Assembly (NCBI GenBank): GCA_963666425.2
Contig: OY762825.2
Coordinates: forward strand, 1,984,001 to 2,048,000
Direction: 5' to 3'
DNA length: 64,000 bases
Source of the DNA: Bacillota bacterium
GTDB lineage: Bacteria; Bacillota; JAAYKD01
Positions within the stretch are counted from its first letter, which is position 1; every line of letters starts with the position of its first letter. Shown here piece after piece: positions 1 through 10,679 of this stretch. Made by a program: the position numbers and the translations under genes. Below the pieces are notes generated by a model. It did not search any database and had not been told where the DNA came from. It was given only the letters and a program-made list of their open reading frames with translations.

Positions 1-47
1 CTTATGTTACAATTTAGAGAAAGCAGTAAGAGAAAGGCGGCGATCCC

Positions 48-521
48 ATGGCCAAGGAAACCGGCAACAAGCAGCTGGCGCAGAACCGCAAAGCGCGGCA
101 TGATTATTTCATCCTGGAAACCTTCGAAGCCGGCATTGAATTGCGGGGCACGGAAGTAAAATCAATCCGCGGCGGCCGCTTGAACCTAAAAGACAGCTAC
201 GCCCGAGTGGAAAAGGGCGAGTGCTGGCTGCAAAACGTGCATATCAGCCCTTATGAAGCCGGTAACCGCTTCAATGTGGATCCCCTGCGGGCGCGCCGTT
301 TGCTTTTGCATAAGCGCGAAATTCTTAAGCTGCAGAGCGCCATCAAAGAAAAAGGTCTGACCTTAGTGCCGATTTCTTTCTATCTGAAAGATGGCCTGGT
401 CAAGGTGGAACTGGGAATTGCCCAAGGCAAAAAAATGTATGACAAGCGGGACGATGAAGCCGATAAAGCGGCAAAGTTGGAAAGCGCGCGCGCCAGTAAG
501 CTAACCAACCGTTACAATTAA
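48..521 (+). CDS. smpB: SsrA-binding protein SmpB
   Basis: [35 protein letters not shown] and GKKMYDKR motifs; 157 aa. Confidence 0.97.
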   Translation: MAKETGNKQLAQNRKARHDYFILETFEAGIELRGTEVKSIRGGRLNLKDSYARVEKGECWLQNVHISPYEAGNRFNVDPLRARRLLLHKREILKLQSAIKEKGLTLVPISFYLKDGLVKVELGIAQGKKMYDKRDDEADKAAKLESARASKLTNRYN

Positions 522-551
522 ACTCCTGACAGAATCTCGCAAGGCAATAAC

Positions 552-580
552 TTGACAAGCGGGTAAAAACTGTGTATAAT
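552..580 (+). promoter_or_regulatory. sigma-A promoter of metK leader
   Basis: TTGACA (552-557), 17 nt, TATAAT (575-580): perfect consensus. Confidence 0.85.
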
Positions 581-597
581 TTTTTCTGACAATTAAA

Positions 598-700
598 TTC
601 TCATCAAGAGCGGTGGAGGGACAGGCCCGATGAAACCCGGCAACCGGCTGCTAGACGGTACGGTGCCAAATCCTGCACAAAAGCTTGTGGCAGATGAGTG
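598..700 (+). ncRNA. SAM-I (S-box) riboswitch
   Basis: CTCATCAAGAGCGGTGGAGGGACAGGCCCGATGAAACCCGGCAACC...GGTGCCAAATCC...GCAGATGAG; P1 CTCATC/GATGAG; upstream of metK. Confidence 0.95.
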
Positions 701-714
701 TATATGCAAAATAC

Positions 715-750
715 AAAGACCTCTGCTTTTTATTTAGCAGGGGTCTTTTT
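715..750 (+). terminator. riboswitch expression-platform terminator
   Basis: AAAGACCTCTGCT...AGCAGGGGTCTTTTT hairpin plus T-run. Confidence 0.85.
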
Positions 751-813
751 GCGCCGACAGGTCAGCGCAAGACCTGTCAGTACACGGTTTGATCTTAAGG
801 TAGGGGGGAAACA

Positions 814-2031
814 ATGATGAACAAAGAACGTCACTATTTCACTTCGGAATCGGTTACCGAAGGACATCCTGATAAGATGTGCGATCAGATTTCCGATGGC
901 ATTCTCGATGCGATTTTAAGCAGCGACAAAGGAGCAAGAGTCGCCTGCGAGACCATCGTCTGCACCGGACTGGCGCTGGTCATGGGGGAAATCACCACTA
1001 CAACCTATGTGGATATTCCCAGTATCGTGCGGCAGGTCATCGAGGAAATTGGCTACACCCGCGGTAAATATGGTTTTGACGCAGAAAACTGTGCTGTGCT
1101 CACATCCATCAACGAACAATCGGCGGATATCGCCATGGGGGTCAATGCAGCCCTGGAATTGAAGGAAAGCAGCGACAAAGAAACGGCGGACGATTGGCTG
1201 GGCGCCGGTGATCAGGGTATGATGTTTGGCTTTGCCTGCAATGAAACACCGGAACTGATGCCCGCTCCGATTCAGTATGCCCATCAGCTGACCCGCAGAC
1301 TGGCGGCGGTGCGCAAGGCAGGTTTGCTGCCCTGGCTGCGGCCGGACGGCAAAAGCCAGGTGACTGTTGAATATGAGGGGAATATCCCGGTGCGCATTGC
1401 AACGGTGGTCTTATCCACCCAGCATGCGCCGGATGTTTCGCAGGAAGAAATCCGCAGAGAAATTTTGCAGCAGGTGATTATTCCGGCGTTGCCCGCGCAT
1501 TTACTGGATGAGAAAACCCGTTATCTGATCAACCCAACCGGACGGTTTGTGATTGGCGGTCCGCACGGCGATTCCGGCTTGACCGGCCGCAAAATCATTG
1601 TCGACACCTACGGCGGCATGGCCAGCCACGGCGGCGGCGCTTTCTCCGGCAAGGATCCAACCAAAGTCGATCGTTCGGCAGCCTACATGGCCCGTTACAT
1701 CGCCAAGAATATCGTGGCGGCGGGTCTGGCCGATCGCTGCGAACTGCAGCTTGCCTACGCCATCGGCGTAGCGCAGCCGGTATCGGTGATGCTGAATACC
1801 TTCGGCACCGGCAAGTTAGCGGAAGACCAGCTGGTCAAACTGGTGCGCCAGTACTTTGACATGCGTCCGGCCGCTATCATCAACCGCTTGAACCTGCGTC
1901 GTCCCATCTATCGTCAGGTGGCCTGCTACGGCCACTTCGGACGCAGTGATTTAGACCTTAGCTGGGAAAAGACAGACATGGCTCAGATTCTGGCCAACGC
2001 CGCACTGAAAATCAGCGCGTCAGCCGAATAA
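814..2031 (+). CDS. metK: S-adenosylmethionine synthetase
   Basis: [35 protein letters not shown] motifs. Confidence 0.98.
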   Translation: MMNKERHYFTSESVTEGHPDKMCDQISDGILDAILSSDKGARVACETIVCTGLALVMGEITTTTYVDIPSIVRQVIEEIGYTRGKYGFDAENCAVLTSINEQSADIAMGVNAALELKESSDKETADDWLGAGDQGMMFGFACNETPELMPAPIQYAHQLTRRLAAVRKAGLLPWLRPDGKSQVTVEYEGNIPVRIATVVLSTQHAPDVSQEEIRREILQQVIIPALPAHLLDEKTRYLINPTGRFVIGGPHGDSGLTGRKIIVDTYGGMASHGGGAFSGKDPTKVDRSAAYMARYIAKNIVAAGLADRCELQLAYAIGVAQPVSVMLNTFGTGKLAEDQLVKLVRQYFDMRPAAIINRLNLRRPIYRQVACYGHFGRSDLDLSWEKTDMAQILANAALKISASAE

Positions 2032-2047
2032 TCGGCAGAGCAATTTT

Positions 2048-2101
2048 AAACTCCCCTGGATCATCGCAACCCAATGCTGCGGCGATCCAGGGGAGTTTTT
2101 T
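2048..2101 (+). terminator. Rho-independent terminator after metK
   Basis: AAACTCCCCTGGATC...GATCCAGGGGAGTTTTTT. Confidence 0.8.
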
Positions 2102-2103
2102 GC

Positions 2104-2132
2104 TTGGATTCGCCTCTGTCCTGTGCTATAAT
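2104..2132 (+). promoter_or_regulatory. extended -10 promoter for recD2-comF
   Basis: TTGGAT, 17 nt, TG-c-TATAAT. Confidence 0.6.
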
Positions 2133-2196
2133 CAACAGGAAACTGGTGATTGCAGGGAAATCGATTTTCCCTCTCAAGAGAAAGGCGGCGGCTGGC

Positions 2197-4416
2197 ATGG
2201 TTTTATTGGAAGGCACGGTACGCAGAATTACTTTTCATAACGAAGAGAACTTTTATACTGTACTGCGTCTGGAACTGCCGGGCACAAAACTGCCAATTAC
2301 AGTGGTCGGTCACTTTCCCGCGGTCAAAGAAGGAGAGCAATTGCGTCTGGAGGGCGACTGGATCAACCATGCCACCTTCGGTCGGCAATTCCAGGCCGAA
2401 AAGAGTGAAGTTCTGCTGCCAACCACCGAGAACGGTCTGATTCGCTACCTTGGTTCCGGTCTGCTGAAAGGGATCAAGCAAAAACGAGCAGAAGCCATGG
2501 TGCAGCGATTCGGCAAAGACATTCTGCGCGTGATCCGGGAAGAGCCGCAGCGGCTGCAGGAGATTCGCGGCATCACGGCCAAAATGGCTGTGCAGATGCA
2601 GCGGGATCTGCAGGCGAATCAGCAAATTGAAGCTTTTATGATCTATTTGCAGGGTTTTGAGATCAGTCCGCATCTGGCGCTGCGCATTTATAAACATTAT
2701 CAGGGACAGGGCGGCGTCGATATGATCGCTCTGATCCGCGAAAATCCCTATCGCCTGGCCGATGAAGTGTTTGGCATTGGCTTCCGCACCGCCGATGAAA
2801 TCGGCAAAAAGCTGGGTGTGCTGGATGAGGATCCCAAACGCCTGCGCGCCGGGCTCAGCTTTGTCCTCAGCGAGCAAGTTAATGACGGACATTGCTATTA
2901 TCCGGAAGAACTCTTACTGGAAAAAGCGGCGGAATATCTGAAGGTGGAAAATGCCTTGCTGCAGACGGCGTTGCTGTCTTTGCTGAGCGGCGGCGATTTT
3001 GTGGCGGAAGTGGAAGCCGGCGGCAAGCGGCGGATTTATTTGCTGCCCTTCTATCTGGCCGAAACCAACACAGCACAGCGGCTGCAGCTGCTGTTGAATT
3101 TAGGCGCGGCGAATCTGCCGACTCTGCTGCAGGATACCGCCGGGGAGAGCGATTTTCAACAAAAACTGTTGCAATTGCAGGAACAGCAGCAGATTACGTT
3201 TGCGCCGGAGCAGCGCTTTGCTTTACAGGAGGCTTTGCATAACAGTCTGACGATCATCACCGGCGGACCGGGCACCGGCAAAACCACCATCGTGCGGGCT
3301 TTGGTGGCGCTCTATCTGCAATTGGGTGCCAAAGTTTTATTGGCGGCGCCTACCGGCCGGGCGGCTAAACGTCTGAGCGAAGTCACCGGGCGGGAAGCGA
3401 AAACGCTGCATCGTCTGTTGGAATACAGCTTTGTGGCCGGCAGCGGCATCGACTTTGCCCGCAATGAGGATAACCCTTTGGGCTGTGATCTCTTGATTGT
3501 GGATGAGAGCTCGATGATCGACTGCCTCTTGTTTTACCATTTACTGAAAGCGCTGCCCAACGGCTGTCGTTTGATTCTGATTGGAGACCGCGATCAACTG
3601 CCCCCCGTTGGCCCCGGCAATGTGTTGAAAGATCTGATTGCTTCTGGTGTGGTGCCGGTGGTGCAGTTGCAGACCGTTTTCCGGCAGGCGGCCGAGAGCC
3701 GCATTGTGACCAACGCGCATCGCATCAACCGGGGAGAAGTGCCGCTTTATGGGGAACAAAACAGTGACTTCTTTTTCATGGAAAAAGAAAATGGCGAAGA
3801 AGCCCTGCAGCTGGTCTGCGATTTGGCAGCCGAACGCCTGCCCAGCTTCCTCAATCTCGACCCGCTGGAGGGAATTCAGGTGCTGACCCCGATGCGCCGC
3901 GGCAGCGTAGGCGTGGAGAGTTTGAACCAGGCCTTACAGCAGCGCCTGAATTCGGCCGCAGCGAGCAAAGCAGAACTGCAGCGTGCCGGCGTGGCGTATC
4001 GTTTGGGTGATAAAGTCATGCAAATCCGCAATAACTACGATAAAGCCGTATTCAACGGCGATATCGGCCGTATCACCGCTGTGGATACCGCAGAACAAAG
4101 CCTGATTGTAGAGTATGTTGACGGGGAGGGCAGCCATTTGATTGCTTATGAGGACAACGAACTGGACGAACTGGTACAGAGCTATGCCATTTCCGTGCAT
4201 AAGAGCCAGGGCAGCGAATATCCCGTGGTGATCCTGCCGCTGCTGACCCAGCATGCCGTGATGCTGCAGCGCAACCTCCTGTATACCGCCGTCACCCGCG
4301 GCAAAAAGCTGGTGGTTGTGGTTGGCAGCAAACGCGCCATGCAGATGGCGGTTCAGCGCAATGATGTCGCCGTGCGCTACACTGCCCTTGCCGAGCGCTT
4401 GAGGCTGGGCCGATGA
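2197..4416 (+). CDS. recD2: ATP-dependent RecD-like DNA helicase (RecD2/YrrC)
   Basis: Walker A GGPGTGKT, APTGRAAKR, VDESSM, YAISVHKSQGSEY, LLYTAVTR; start moved to ATG 2197 (MVLLEG) after the promoter. Confidence 0.93.
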   Translation: MVLLEGTVRRITFHNEENFYTVLRLELPGTKLPITVVGHFPAVKEGEQLRLEGDWINHATFGRQFQAEKSEVLLPTTENGLIRYLGSGLLKGIKQKRAEAMVQRFGKDILRVIREEPQRLQEIRGITAKMAVQMQRDLQANQQIEAFMIYLQGFEISPHLALRIYKHYQGQGGVDMIALIRENPYRLADEVFGIGFRTADEIGKKLGVLDEDPKRLRAGLSFVLSEQVNDGHCYYPEELLLEKAAEYLKVENALLQTALLSLLSGGDFVAEVEAGGKRRIYLLPFYLAETNTAQRLQLLLNLGAANLPTLLQDTAGESDFQQKLLQLQEQQQITFAPEQRFALQEALHNSLTIITGGPGTGKTTIVRALVALYLQLGAKVLLAAPTGRAAKRLSEVTGREAKTLHRLLEYSFVAGSGIDFARNEDNPLGCDLLIVDESSMIDCLLFYHLLKALPNGCRLILIGDRDQLPPVGPGNVLKDLIASGVVPVVQLQTVFRQAAESRIVTNAHRINRGEVPLYGEQNSDFFFMEKENGEEALQLVCDLAAERLPSFLNLDPLEGIQVLTPMRRGSVGVESLNQALQQRLNSAAASKAELQRAGVAYRLGDKVMQIRNNYDKAVFNGDIGRITAVDTAEQSLIVEYVDGEGSHLIAYEDNELDELVQSYAISVHKSQGSEYPVVILPLLTQHAVMLQRNLLYTAVTRGKKLVVVVGSKRAMQMAVQRNDVAVRYTALAERLRLGR

Positions 4417-5147
4417 GTAAAACTCCCTGGCGTTATAACCCTTGGCTGCAGGCGGTCGGCAATCTGCTTTTTCCGCCGCTGCGGCAATGTTCGCTCTGTC
4501 AGGCAAAGCTCGAAAAAGAAAGCGATCATGGCGTCTGTCCAAACTGTTCTGCCGGGCTGCCTTTTTTGGCGGATCCCGTTTGTCCCGTCTGCGGCACGCC
4601 GTTTCCGGGCGGTGAAATTTGCGGCGTTTGCCGGCAGCGGCAGACACCTTTTACCGCCAATCGCTCCCTGCTTGCCTATCAAGACAAAGGCCGCGATTTG
4701 ATCTTGGATTATAAATACCGCTTCCAGCCCTCGCTGGCTGACTTTTTTGCCGCCGAACTGACGGCGCGGCGTCTGCCGCAATACCATTTTGAGCAGCCGC
4801 CTTGGCTGACTTGGGTACCGATGACCCGCTCCCGCCTGCGTGAACGCGGTTATAATCCCGCTTTGCTCTTAGCGGAAGCGCTCAGCGTGACGAGCGGTTA
4901 CCCGCTGCAGAATACCCTGGTCAAAACGAGCCAGCCGCCCGATCAGCATGGTCTCAACCGGGAACAGCGCTGGCAGGTGCTGGCGGATGTTTATCAGCCG
5001 ATTGCCCGCCTGCAGGCCGCCGGGCAGGTTTATTTGCTGATTGATGATGTTTACACCACCGGAGCGACATTGCATTTTTGCGCATCCGCGCTGCGTAAAG
5101 CCGGTGCCAAAGAAGTTTTCTGTCTGACTGCCGGCCTGACACTTTAA
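4413..5147 (+). CDS. comF: ComF family competence protein (Zn ribbon + PRTase-like domain)
   Basis: Multiple CxxC, RLRERGYN, LLIDDVYTTGAT. Confidence 0.9.
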   Translation: MSKTPWRYNPWLQAVGNLLFPPLRQCSLCQAKLEKESDHGVCPNCSAGLPFLADPVCPVCGTPFPGGEICGVCRQRQTPFTANRSLLAYQDKGRDLILDYKYRFQPSLADFFAAELTARRLPQYHFEQPPWLTWVPMTRSRLRERGYNPALLLAEALSVTSGYPLQNTLVKTSQPPDQHGLNREQRWQVLADVYQPIARLQAAGQVYLLIDDVYTTGATLHFCASALRKAGAKEVFCLTAGLTL

Positions 5148-5278
5148 GGGATTGCGGTAAATGTTGCTTTGAGACAACCGAAAAAAGAAGGAAAATGAAA
5201 TTGGTCTGTTGAACTGTAACAATAAGACAGGTGAGTAAGCCTCCTGTCGGGTTAGTATCACAAGAAAGAGGTGTGACT

Positions 5279-5824
5279 ATGAACCTACAGATCAAAGCGA
5301 AACATTTCACTCCCAATGAAAATCAGATCAGTTACGCAAACAAAAAGCTCAGTAAATTCGACAAACTGCTCAACCGGGAAATCGATGCCACGGTCAACTG
5401 CAGCAGAGTCAAAGACCAGGAACGAGTGGAGATCACAATCACAGCGGCCGGGTTCCGTCTGCGCGCCGAAGTCATTGCGCCTGAATTTTATGTCGCCTTC
5501 GATGCCGCTGTTGACACATTGGAAAGGCAATTGGATAAATATAAAACACGCTGGAATACCAAGCGCAAGAGCGGAGATTCTATCCGTACCGGCGCTTGGC
5601 TGCCGGAAGAAGAAAATCTGGCAGAGAGAGAACTCGAAGACCCGGAAATCATTCGTGTCAAACGATTTGCCTTAAAGCCAATCAGTCCGGAGGAAGCCAT
5701 TATGGAAATGGAAATGCTGGCGCATACCTTCTATATGTTCCTCAATGCCGAAACCGAAGAAGTTAATGTGGTTTATCGCCGCAACGATGGCAAGTATGGT
5801 TTGATCGAACCGGAACTGAAGTAA
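5279..5824 (+). CDS. hpf: ribosome hibernation promoting factor (long HPF/RaiA family)
   Basis: DAAVDTLERQLDKYK and C-terminal PEEAIMEMEMLAHTFYMF...VVYRRNDGKYGLIEP; SD GAGGTG before ATG 5279. Confidence 0.93.
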   Translation: MNLQIKAKHFTPNENQISYANKKLSKFDKLLNREIDATVNCSRVKDQERVEITITAAGFRLRAEVIAPEFYVAFDAAVDTLERQLDKYKTRWNTKRKSGDSIRTGAWLPEEENLAERELEDPEIIRVKRFALKPISPEEAIMEMEMLAHTFYMFLNAETEEVNVVYRRNDGKYGLIEPELK

Positions 5825-5849
5825 ATCAACCCGCAAAGCAAAAAGCTAG

Positions 5850-5881
5850 AACCCCTCGGCCGTTGGCCGAGGGGTTTTTTT
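5850..5881 (+). terminator. Rho-independent terminator after hpf
   Basis: AACCCCTCGGCC-GTT-GGCCGAGGGGTTTTTTT. Confidence 0.9.
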
Positions 5882-5901
5882 GATTCTACCAAAAAGGATG
5901 G

Positions 5902-5930
5902 TTGACTTAGCCGGATGAATGGTTTAGAAT
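5902..5930 (+). promoter_or_regulatory. sigma-A promoter for GGDEF gene
   Basis: TTGACT, 17 nt, TAGAAT. Confidence 0.6.
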
Positions 5931-6030
5931 GGTAAAAATAATAGAAGCAAATTAATTCCTATTTAGCGAATGGATGATGAGCGCTAGACGGAATTGAGGT
6001 ACAGAGCGCAGCGGTAAAGGAGCAGATGAA

Positions 6031-7707
6031 GTGAAAGCGAAAAAGCAATGGCTGACCGTTTTGTTTTCCATCGCCTTAAGCATCGCCTTGCTTTTTGTGT
6101 ACTATGCTTATCAGGCCTCCGCCGCGGATCCTTATATTCTCGATCAGGAAGGGATTCAGGATCTTTCCGATGGTTGGCTACAGCAGCAGGATGGCGCCAG
6201 CTTGAGTCTGCCCTACTCTACGGGCTTGACTGAGCAAGCGCCTTTGGTTTTATCCGGGCAGCTGCCCAGCCATCTGCCGGATTTTGCTGTCCTCTGCATC
6301 GAAACGAATTATCAATACCTGACAGTGACCGCAGGAGATACGGTACTCTATGCTTCCAACGAAAATCGCCTGACAATCTTTGGCAAACCCTTCTATCTCA
6401 CCCTGCATCTGGTGGAATTACCGCAGAATCTGCAGGGCAGCGTGCTGACTTTCACCACGGGCACGAATGCGGCAGAACAGAATGTGGGGATTCGTCAGCT
6501 TGTCCTCGGCAACAAGAGTGCGGTGACCGTTCGCTACATGAGAGAAATTGCGCCTGATTTGCTCTATTGCGCCATTATTTCTCTGGCAGGACTGCTTTTT
6601 TTAGCGGCGACCTTTTTTATCAAAAAGCCCAACATGGCGGTCAGCCGCGCCATTTTCAGAAATTTGGGGATCTTTACCTTGCTTGCGGCAACCTGGATGC
6701 TGACCGATATCAAGCCGCTGCAGCTCTTCTTTCCCAGAAAAGAAGCGGCTTATTTACTATCCTTCTTTACCATGATGCTGATGCCGCTGGCTTTTTTGCT
6801 GTTTGTCCGCCAGATCTGTCAGCGCGGTAAAACGCTGCTGAACGTTTTGAGCTATCTGACCGTTTTCATTTTTTTGCTGAATTTGAGCCTGGCTGTGGCG
6901 GGGATTGCCAGTCTTTCGCAGACCGTGCTGCTCAGCCATCTGCTGATCGCCGTCACGGTGTTCTGCTTGCCGGTGATTGGTTGGCTGGAATATCAGAAAG
7001 ATCGGAACACAGACTTGCGCGAAATCATCCTTGGCATGTTAATTCTCTGTTGCAGTGTCGTGATCAGCCTTGTTCAATATTACCTCGCTAAACCCGATGG
7101 CAATGCAAATTATGCGGTTATATTCAAACTGGGGATTCTCGTCTTTATTTCATTGCTGGCTGTCTCGGCCATCCGAAAAAGTGTGGCGTTTTATCGGGAC
7201 CTAACCGAAGCGGAGTTTTATAAGAAAATGGCCTTTACCGATTATATGACAAACCTGGGCAATCGAGCCGCCTTTGAAGTTGGCATGAGTCAAAAGCAGC
7301 AAACACAGGATGCTTTGAAAATACCGGCGGTGGTCGTTTTTGACATGGATAATCTAAAAGCAAGCAATGATGGCTTCGGTCACCGCGTAGGCGACGAATT
7401 AATCTGCGGTTTTGCCGCCTGTATTCAAAGTGTATTTCAAGCGCGCGGCACCGCTTACCGCATCGGCGGCGACGAATTTGCCGTGATTTTAGCAGTGCAG
7501 GAGCAAGCGGCGATGGATGCCTTGATGTTGGAATTTGACGCGAGCATCCGGCAATATAACGCCTCGCATCAGCATCCGATTCTAGTCTCCTGGGGATTTG
7601 CGCTGGGGCAGGCAGAACAACCAGAATGCATTGGAACAGAGCAGCTGTTTAAAAAAGCGGATCAGAATATGTACCGGCAGAAAGCAAAGCATAAATCGGA
7701 ACTCTAA
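6031..7707 (+). CDS. membrane-bound diguanylate cyclase
   Basis: Extracellular domain, multi-TM region, C-terminal DMDNLK..ND.FGH..GD and RIGGDEF. Confidence 0.9.
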   Translation: MKAKKQWLTVLFSIALSIALLFVYYAYQASAADPYILDQEGIQDLSDGWLQQQDGASLSLPYSTGLTEQAPLVLSGQLPSHLPDFAVLCIETNYQYLTVTAGDTVLYASNENRLTIFGKPFYLTLHLVELPQNLQGSVLTFTTGTNAAEQNVGIRQLVLGNKSAVTVRYMREIAPDLLYCAIISLAGLLFLAATFFIKKPNMAVSRAIFRNLGIFTLLAATWMLTDIKPLQLFFPRKEAAYLLSFFTMMLMPLAFLLFVRQICQRGKTLLNVLSYLTVFIFLLNLSLAVAGIASLSQTVLLSHLLIAVTVFCLPVIGWLEYQKDRNTDLREIILGMLILCCSVVISLVQYYLAKPDGNANYAVIFKLGILVFISLLAVSAIRKSVAFYRDLTEAEFYKKMAFTDYMTNLGNRAAFEVGMSQKQQTQDALKIPAVVVFDMDNLKASNDGFGHRVGDELICGFAACIQSVFQARGTAYRIGGDEFAVILAVQEQAAMDALMLEFDASIRQYNASHQHPILVSWGFALGQAEQPECIGTEQLFKKADQNMYRQKAKHKSEL

Positions 7708-7716
7708 ATAAAAGAG

Positions 7717-7766
7717 AAAAGCGCCGTCCGCTTCCCTTAGAAAGAGAAGCGGGCGGCGCTTTTTTT
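7717..7766. terminator. bidirectional terminator between convergent genes
   Basis: AAAAGCGCCGTCCGCTTC...GAAGCGGGCGGCGCTTTTTTT. Confidence 0.85.
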
Positions 7767-7832
7767 AACGTCAGAGTGGGAATTTTTGCATAGCAGTCTG
7801 CAGTTGGAACTAGAAAATGAAGCGGTTCCCTG

Positions 7833-8492
7833 TTATGAGGCGAGATTCAGCCAAATATGCCCCTGCGGATACATTTTCTTCAGCGCGAAGTGAAGCCACT
7901 GCTGTTGTTCTTCTGACATCAGCGGCAGCACCGTCTCATAATCCTGCTGATAACCTTCCCGTCCCGGATCGCTTGATTTGTAGAGCAAAATCAATTCCGG
8001 CGCCAGATAAGGCACACCGCCTCTTTGAAGAATGGCCTGACTGAGTTTGCGTTTGATTTCCGGGTTGCGGGCATAGAGAAAATCACTGCAATTGGTTTGA
8101 TCAAAGAGAAACTCAATGTAGTTGAGTTCGGTTTGCTCTTTATGTTCCATTTCGCAGAGGAAAAATCCCGCTTCTCCGCTTGGCTGCAATTTAAAATAAC
8201 GATTGCCCGGATAGATGCAGAAGAGGTTGCGTTTCAGCAGTTTTTGCTCCTCCGGATCACGGATCAGATGGACCAAATCGTTGCCGCACGCTTCATACAG
8301 CGTCCAGCCCTTGGCTTGCATACAACGGATCAAACTGTTGCGGTCTTTTTGCCAAACAGAAATATCCAGATCGTAATGCGGCCTGGATTTTCTGTTTAAA
8401 AACAAATCAATGGCATAACCACCGCAGACAGCGTAATGCAGCGGTAAATCGGCGAGCAATTTGGTTGCTTGGGTGATCATTGCAGGTAACAT
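7833..8492 (-). CDS. nucleotidyltransferase, ANT(2'')/LinA-like fold
   Basis: CGGYAIDLF..RPHYDLDI and PYLAPELILLYKS; substrate not determinable. Confidence 0.75.
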   Translation of the reverse strand: MLPAMITQATKLLADLPLHYAVCGGYAIDLFLNRKSRPHYDLDISVWQKDRNSLIRCMQAKGWTLYEACGNDLVHLIRDPEEQKLLKRNLFCIYPGNRYFKLQPSGEAGFFLCEMEHKEQTELNYIEFLFDQTNCSDFLYARNPEIKRKLSQAILQRGGVPYLAPELILLYKSSDPGREGYQQDYETVLPLMSEEQQQWLHFALKKMYPQGHIWLNLAS

Positions 8493-8504
8493 GAGAATCT
8501 CCTC

Positions 8505-9818
8505 CTAGTAGCCTATTTTACTGATCGGCTGCTGCGACTGTTTCTGTTTACGATGACGGTAAAGGTTAATCCCCAAGGCTGCCGTCAGACAGGCAACCAG
8601 GAAGATCGGCATGATCCAGGAATTGTAGGTTTCATCGCTGGTCAGTACTTCAACCCATAAGGTATCCATCAGCGTGTTGGCCTCGTCGCTGAGGTTGACA
8701 TAAGATTCGGCTTTGGCGAGAATTTCCTTGGAGGGGTAGCGGATGGGATCGCTGGTAACCTCTTCCCCCAGCAGTGCGAAGGCGCCGGTATTGGCGGTGG
8801 AATAGCCGATGTAATCCATGTTAATGGCGGCTACACTGGGCTCATTGAGAAAATTAATATACATCTCGGCAGCCAGTTTGTTATTGGCCACAACCGGAAT
8901 ACAGGTGCTGTCAACAAACATGTTGACTCCCTCATCGGGAAAGGAAAAAGCCAGATCCGGATTTAGTTTCTGCATCTGGAAAAAGTCGCCGGCATAATAG
9001 GGCGCCATGACTGCTTCACCGGCGATCATCTTGTCATAAATTTCATCCATGACATAAGCCTGTACCAGTGGTTTCTGGATTTTCAGTTCCCGTACCGCTT
9101 GCTGCAGTTCGTTGACATTTTCACTGTTCATCGAATAGCCCAGCTTTTTCAGCACGAGACCAAAGGCATCTCTGGGGCTGCCGAACATCAGGATTTGACC
9201 CAGGAAATTGGCGTCCCAAAGCGCATTCCAACTGGTAGGCGCATCGGGAATGATGCTGGTATTATAAATAATCCCGGTGGTGCCGCGGCTGTAGGGCACG
9301 CTGTAGGTGCCGTTGGGGTCAAAAGCCATATTGCGGAATTCTTCCATGATATAAGATGCATTGGGAATCTGATTGTAATCCAAGGGCAGCAGCATCTCTT
9401 CCTTGATCATACGGGAAACCATATAATCGGAGGGAATGATCACATCGTAACTGACGCTGCCGCTTTTTAATTTGGCGTACATTTCTTCATTGGTGGAGAA
9501 ATTATCGTAGATGACCCGAATCCCGGTCAGTTCGGCAAATTCCTTGTTGACATCCACATAATCGGAATCATTGGTCGCCATGTATTCGCCCCAGTTGAAG
9601 ACATTGACGGTGGTGTTGGTATTCGCCAACTGCCTGTAATAAGTCATATCGAGTGAAGCGTAATCAATGGTGAAATCAAAAGGCTCTGTCGCAGCGGGCT
9701 CTGCCGCCGCTGCCGCCGGTGTTTCAGTTGGCTCTTCCGCGCGGACCAGGCCGCCAAACGGCGTGATCAACAAAGCGCAAGCGAGCAGGAGGGCAAGCAA
9801 ACGAGTGTTCTTTTTCAT
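8505..9818 (-). CDS. potD: spermidine/putrescine ABC transporter substrate-binding protein
   Basis: VFNWGEY, TNEEMYAKL, YDVIIPSDYM; signal peptide and C-terminal TM anchor. Confidence 0.92.
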   Translation of the reverse strand: MKKNTRLLALLLACALLITPFGGLVRAEEPTETPAAAAAEPAATEPFDFTIDYASLDMTYYRQLANTNTTVNVFNWGEYMATNDSDYVDVNKEFAELTGIRVIYDNFSTNEEMYAKLKSGSVSYDVIIPSDYMVSRMIKEEMLLPLDYNQIPNASYIMEEFRNMAFDPNGTYSVPYSRGTTGIIYNTSIIPDAPTSWNALWDANFLGQILMFGSPRDAFGLVLKKLGYSMNSENVNELQQAVRELKIQKPLVQAYVMDEIYDKMIAGEAVMAPYYAGDFFQMQKLNPDLAFSFPDEGVNMFVDSTCIPVVANNKLAAEMYINFLNEPSVAAINMDYIGYSTANTGAFALLGEEVTSDPIRYPSKEILAKAESYVNLSDEANTLMDTLWVEVLTSDETYNSWIMPIFLVACLTAALGINLYRHRKQKQSQQPISKIGY

Positions 9819-9821
9819 CTT

Positions 9822-10679
9822 TTACACTCCCTCCTCTTTCCGGATATGGAGGGCTAGACGGGTTTCGCGTTCCTGCCGCAGCAGTTTTCTTTCCTTCTGA
9901 CCTTCCGAAAGATAAGAGACCAGCAGCACCGTCAGCACCACGACAAAGACGATGGTGGAGAGTGCATTAATTTCCGGGCTGATCCGCCGGCGGGTCATGG
10001 CATAGATGCGGATGGGCAAGGTTTGGGAAGCGGGACCGGTGGTGAAATAGCTGATGACAAAGTCGTCCATGGACATGGTCAGTGCCATCAGGAAACCGGC
10101 TAAAATGGCGGGGGAGATTTCCGGAATGATCACTTTACGGAAGGCCTGCCAGGGCGTGCAGCCTAAGTCCAGCGCCGCTTCGTAAGTAAACTGATCCAGC
10201 TGGCGTAGTTTTGGCATGACATTGAAAATAACATAAGGGATATTGAAGGTGATGTGCGCCAAAATCAAGGTCAGATAACCGGCATCGATGGGGATATTCA
10301 TCTTTTCTCTGGCAAAAACAAAAAGCAGCATCAAAGAGACACCGGTGATGATATCCGGATTGATGATGGGCAGATAAGTGATATTGCGGACGAGCTGTTT
10401 TGCTTTGGAATTGAGCGAATTGATGCCGATGGCGGCCGCCGTGCCAACAATGGTAGCGACGACAGAAGAAATGGCGGCAACCAACAAGGTATTGCCGAAC
10501 GCGGCGATGATGGCGTCATTTTGAAAGAGCTTGCCATACCAGTCGAAGGTAAATCCGGTCCAGGCACCGCGGCTCTTATTGGCGTTGAAGGAGTAAGTAA
10601 TCAGGACGGCAATGGGAGCGTAGAGAAAGACCATCACCATGGCCACATAAGAACTTCTTAACCACTTAAAGTTTCTCAT
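9822..10679 (-). CDS. potC: polyamine ABC permease PotC
   Basis: FLYAPI..YSFN, EAALDLG, SMDDFVISYF, PEINALST. Confidence 0.92.
   Translation of the reverse strand: MRNFKWLRSSYVAMVMVFLYAPIAVLITYSFNANKSRGAWTGFTFDWYGKLFQNDAIIAAFGNTLLVAAISSVVATIVGTAAAIGINSLNSKAKQLVRNITYLPIINPDIITGVSLMLLFVFAREKMNIPIDAGYLTLILAHITFNIPYVIFNVMPKLRQLDQFTYEAALDLGCTPWQAFRKVIIPEISPAILAGFLMALTMSMDDFVISYFTTGPASQTLPIRIYAMTRRRISPEINALSTIVFVVVLTVLLVSYLSEGQKERKLLRQERETRLALHIRKEEGV

Noticed and set aside
522-813. tmRNA (ssrA) next to smpB
   Set aside because: The interval is fully explained by promoter, SAM-I riboswitch and terminator
2074-2196. N-terminal extension of RecD2 in the ORF track
   Set aside because: It overlaps the metK terminator and the recD2 promoter; ATG 2197 is more plausible
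7833-8492. Aminoglycoside/lincosamide resistance gene
   Set aside because: Only fold-level motifs; it lies in core-like context downstream of potD, so no specific resistance allele can be supported
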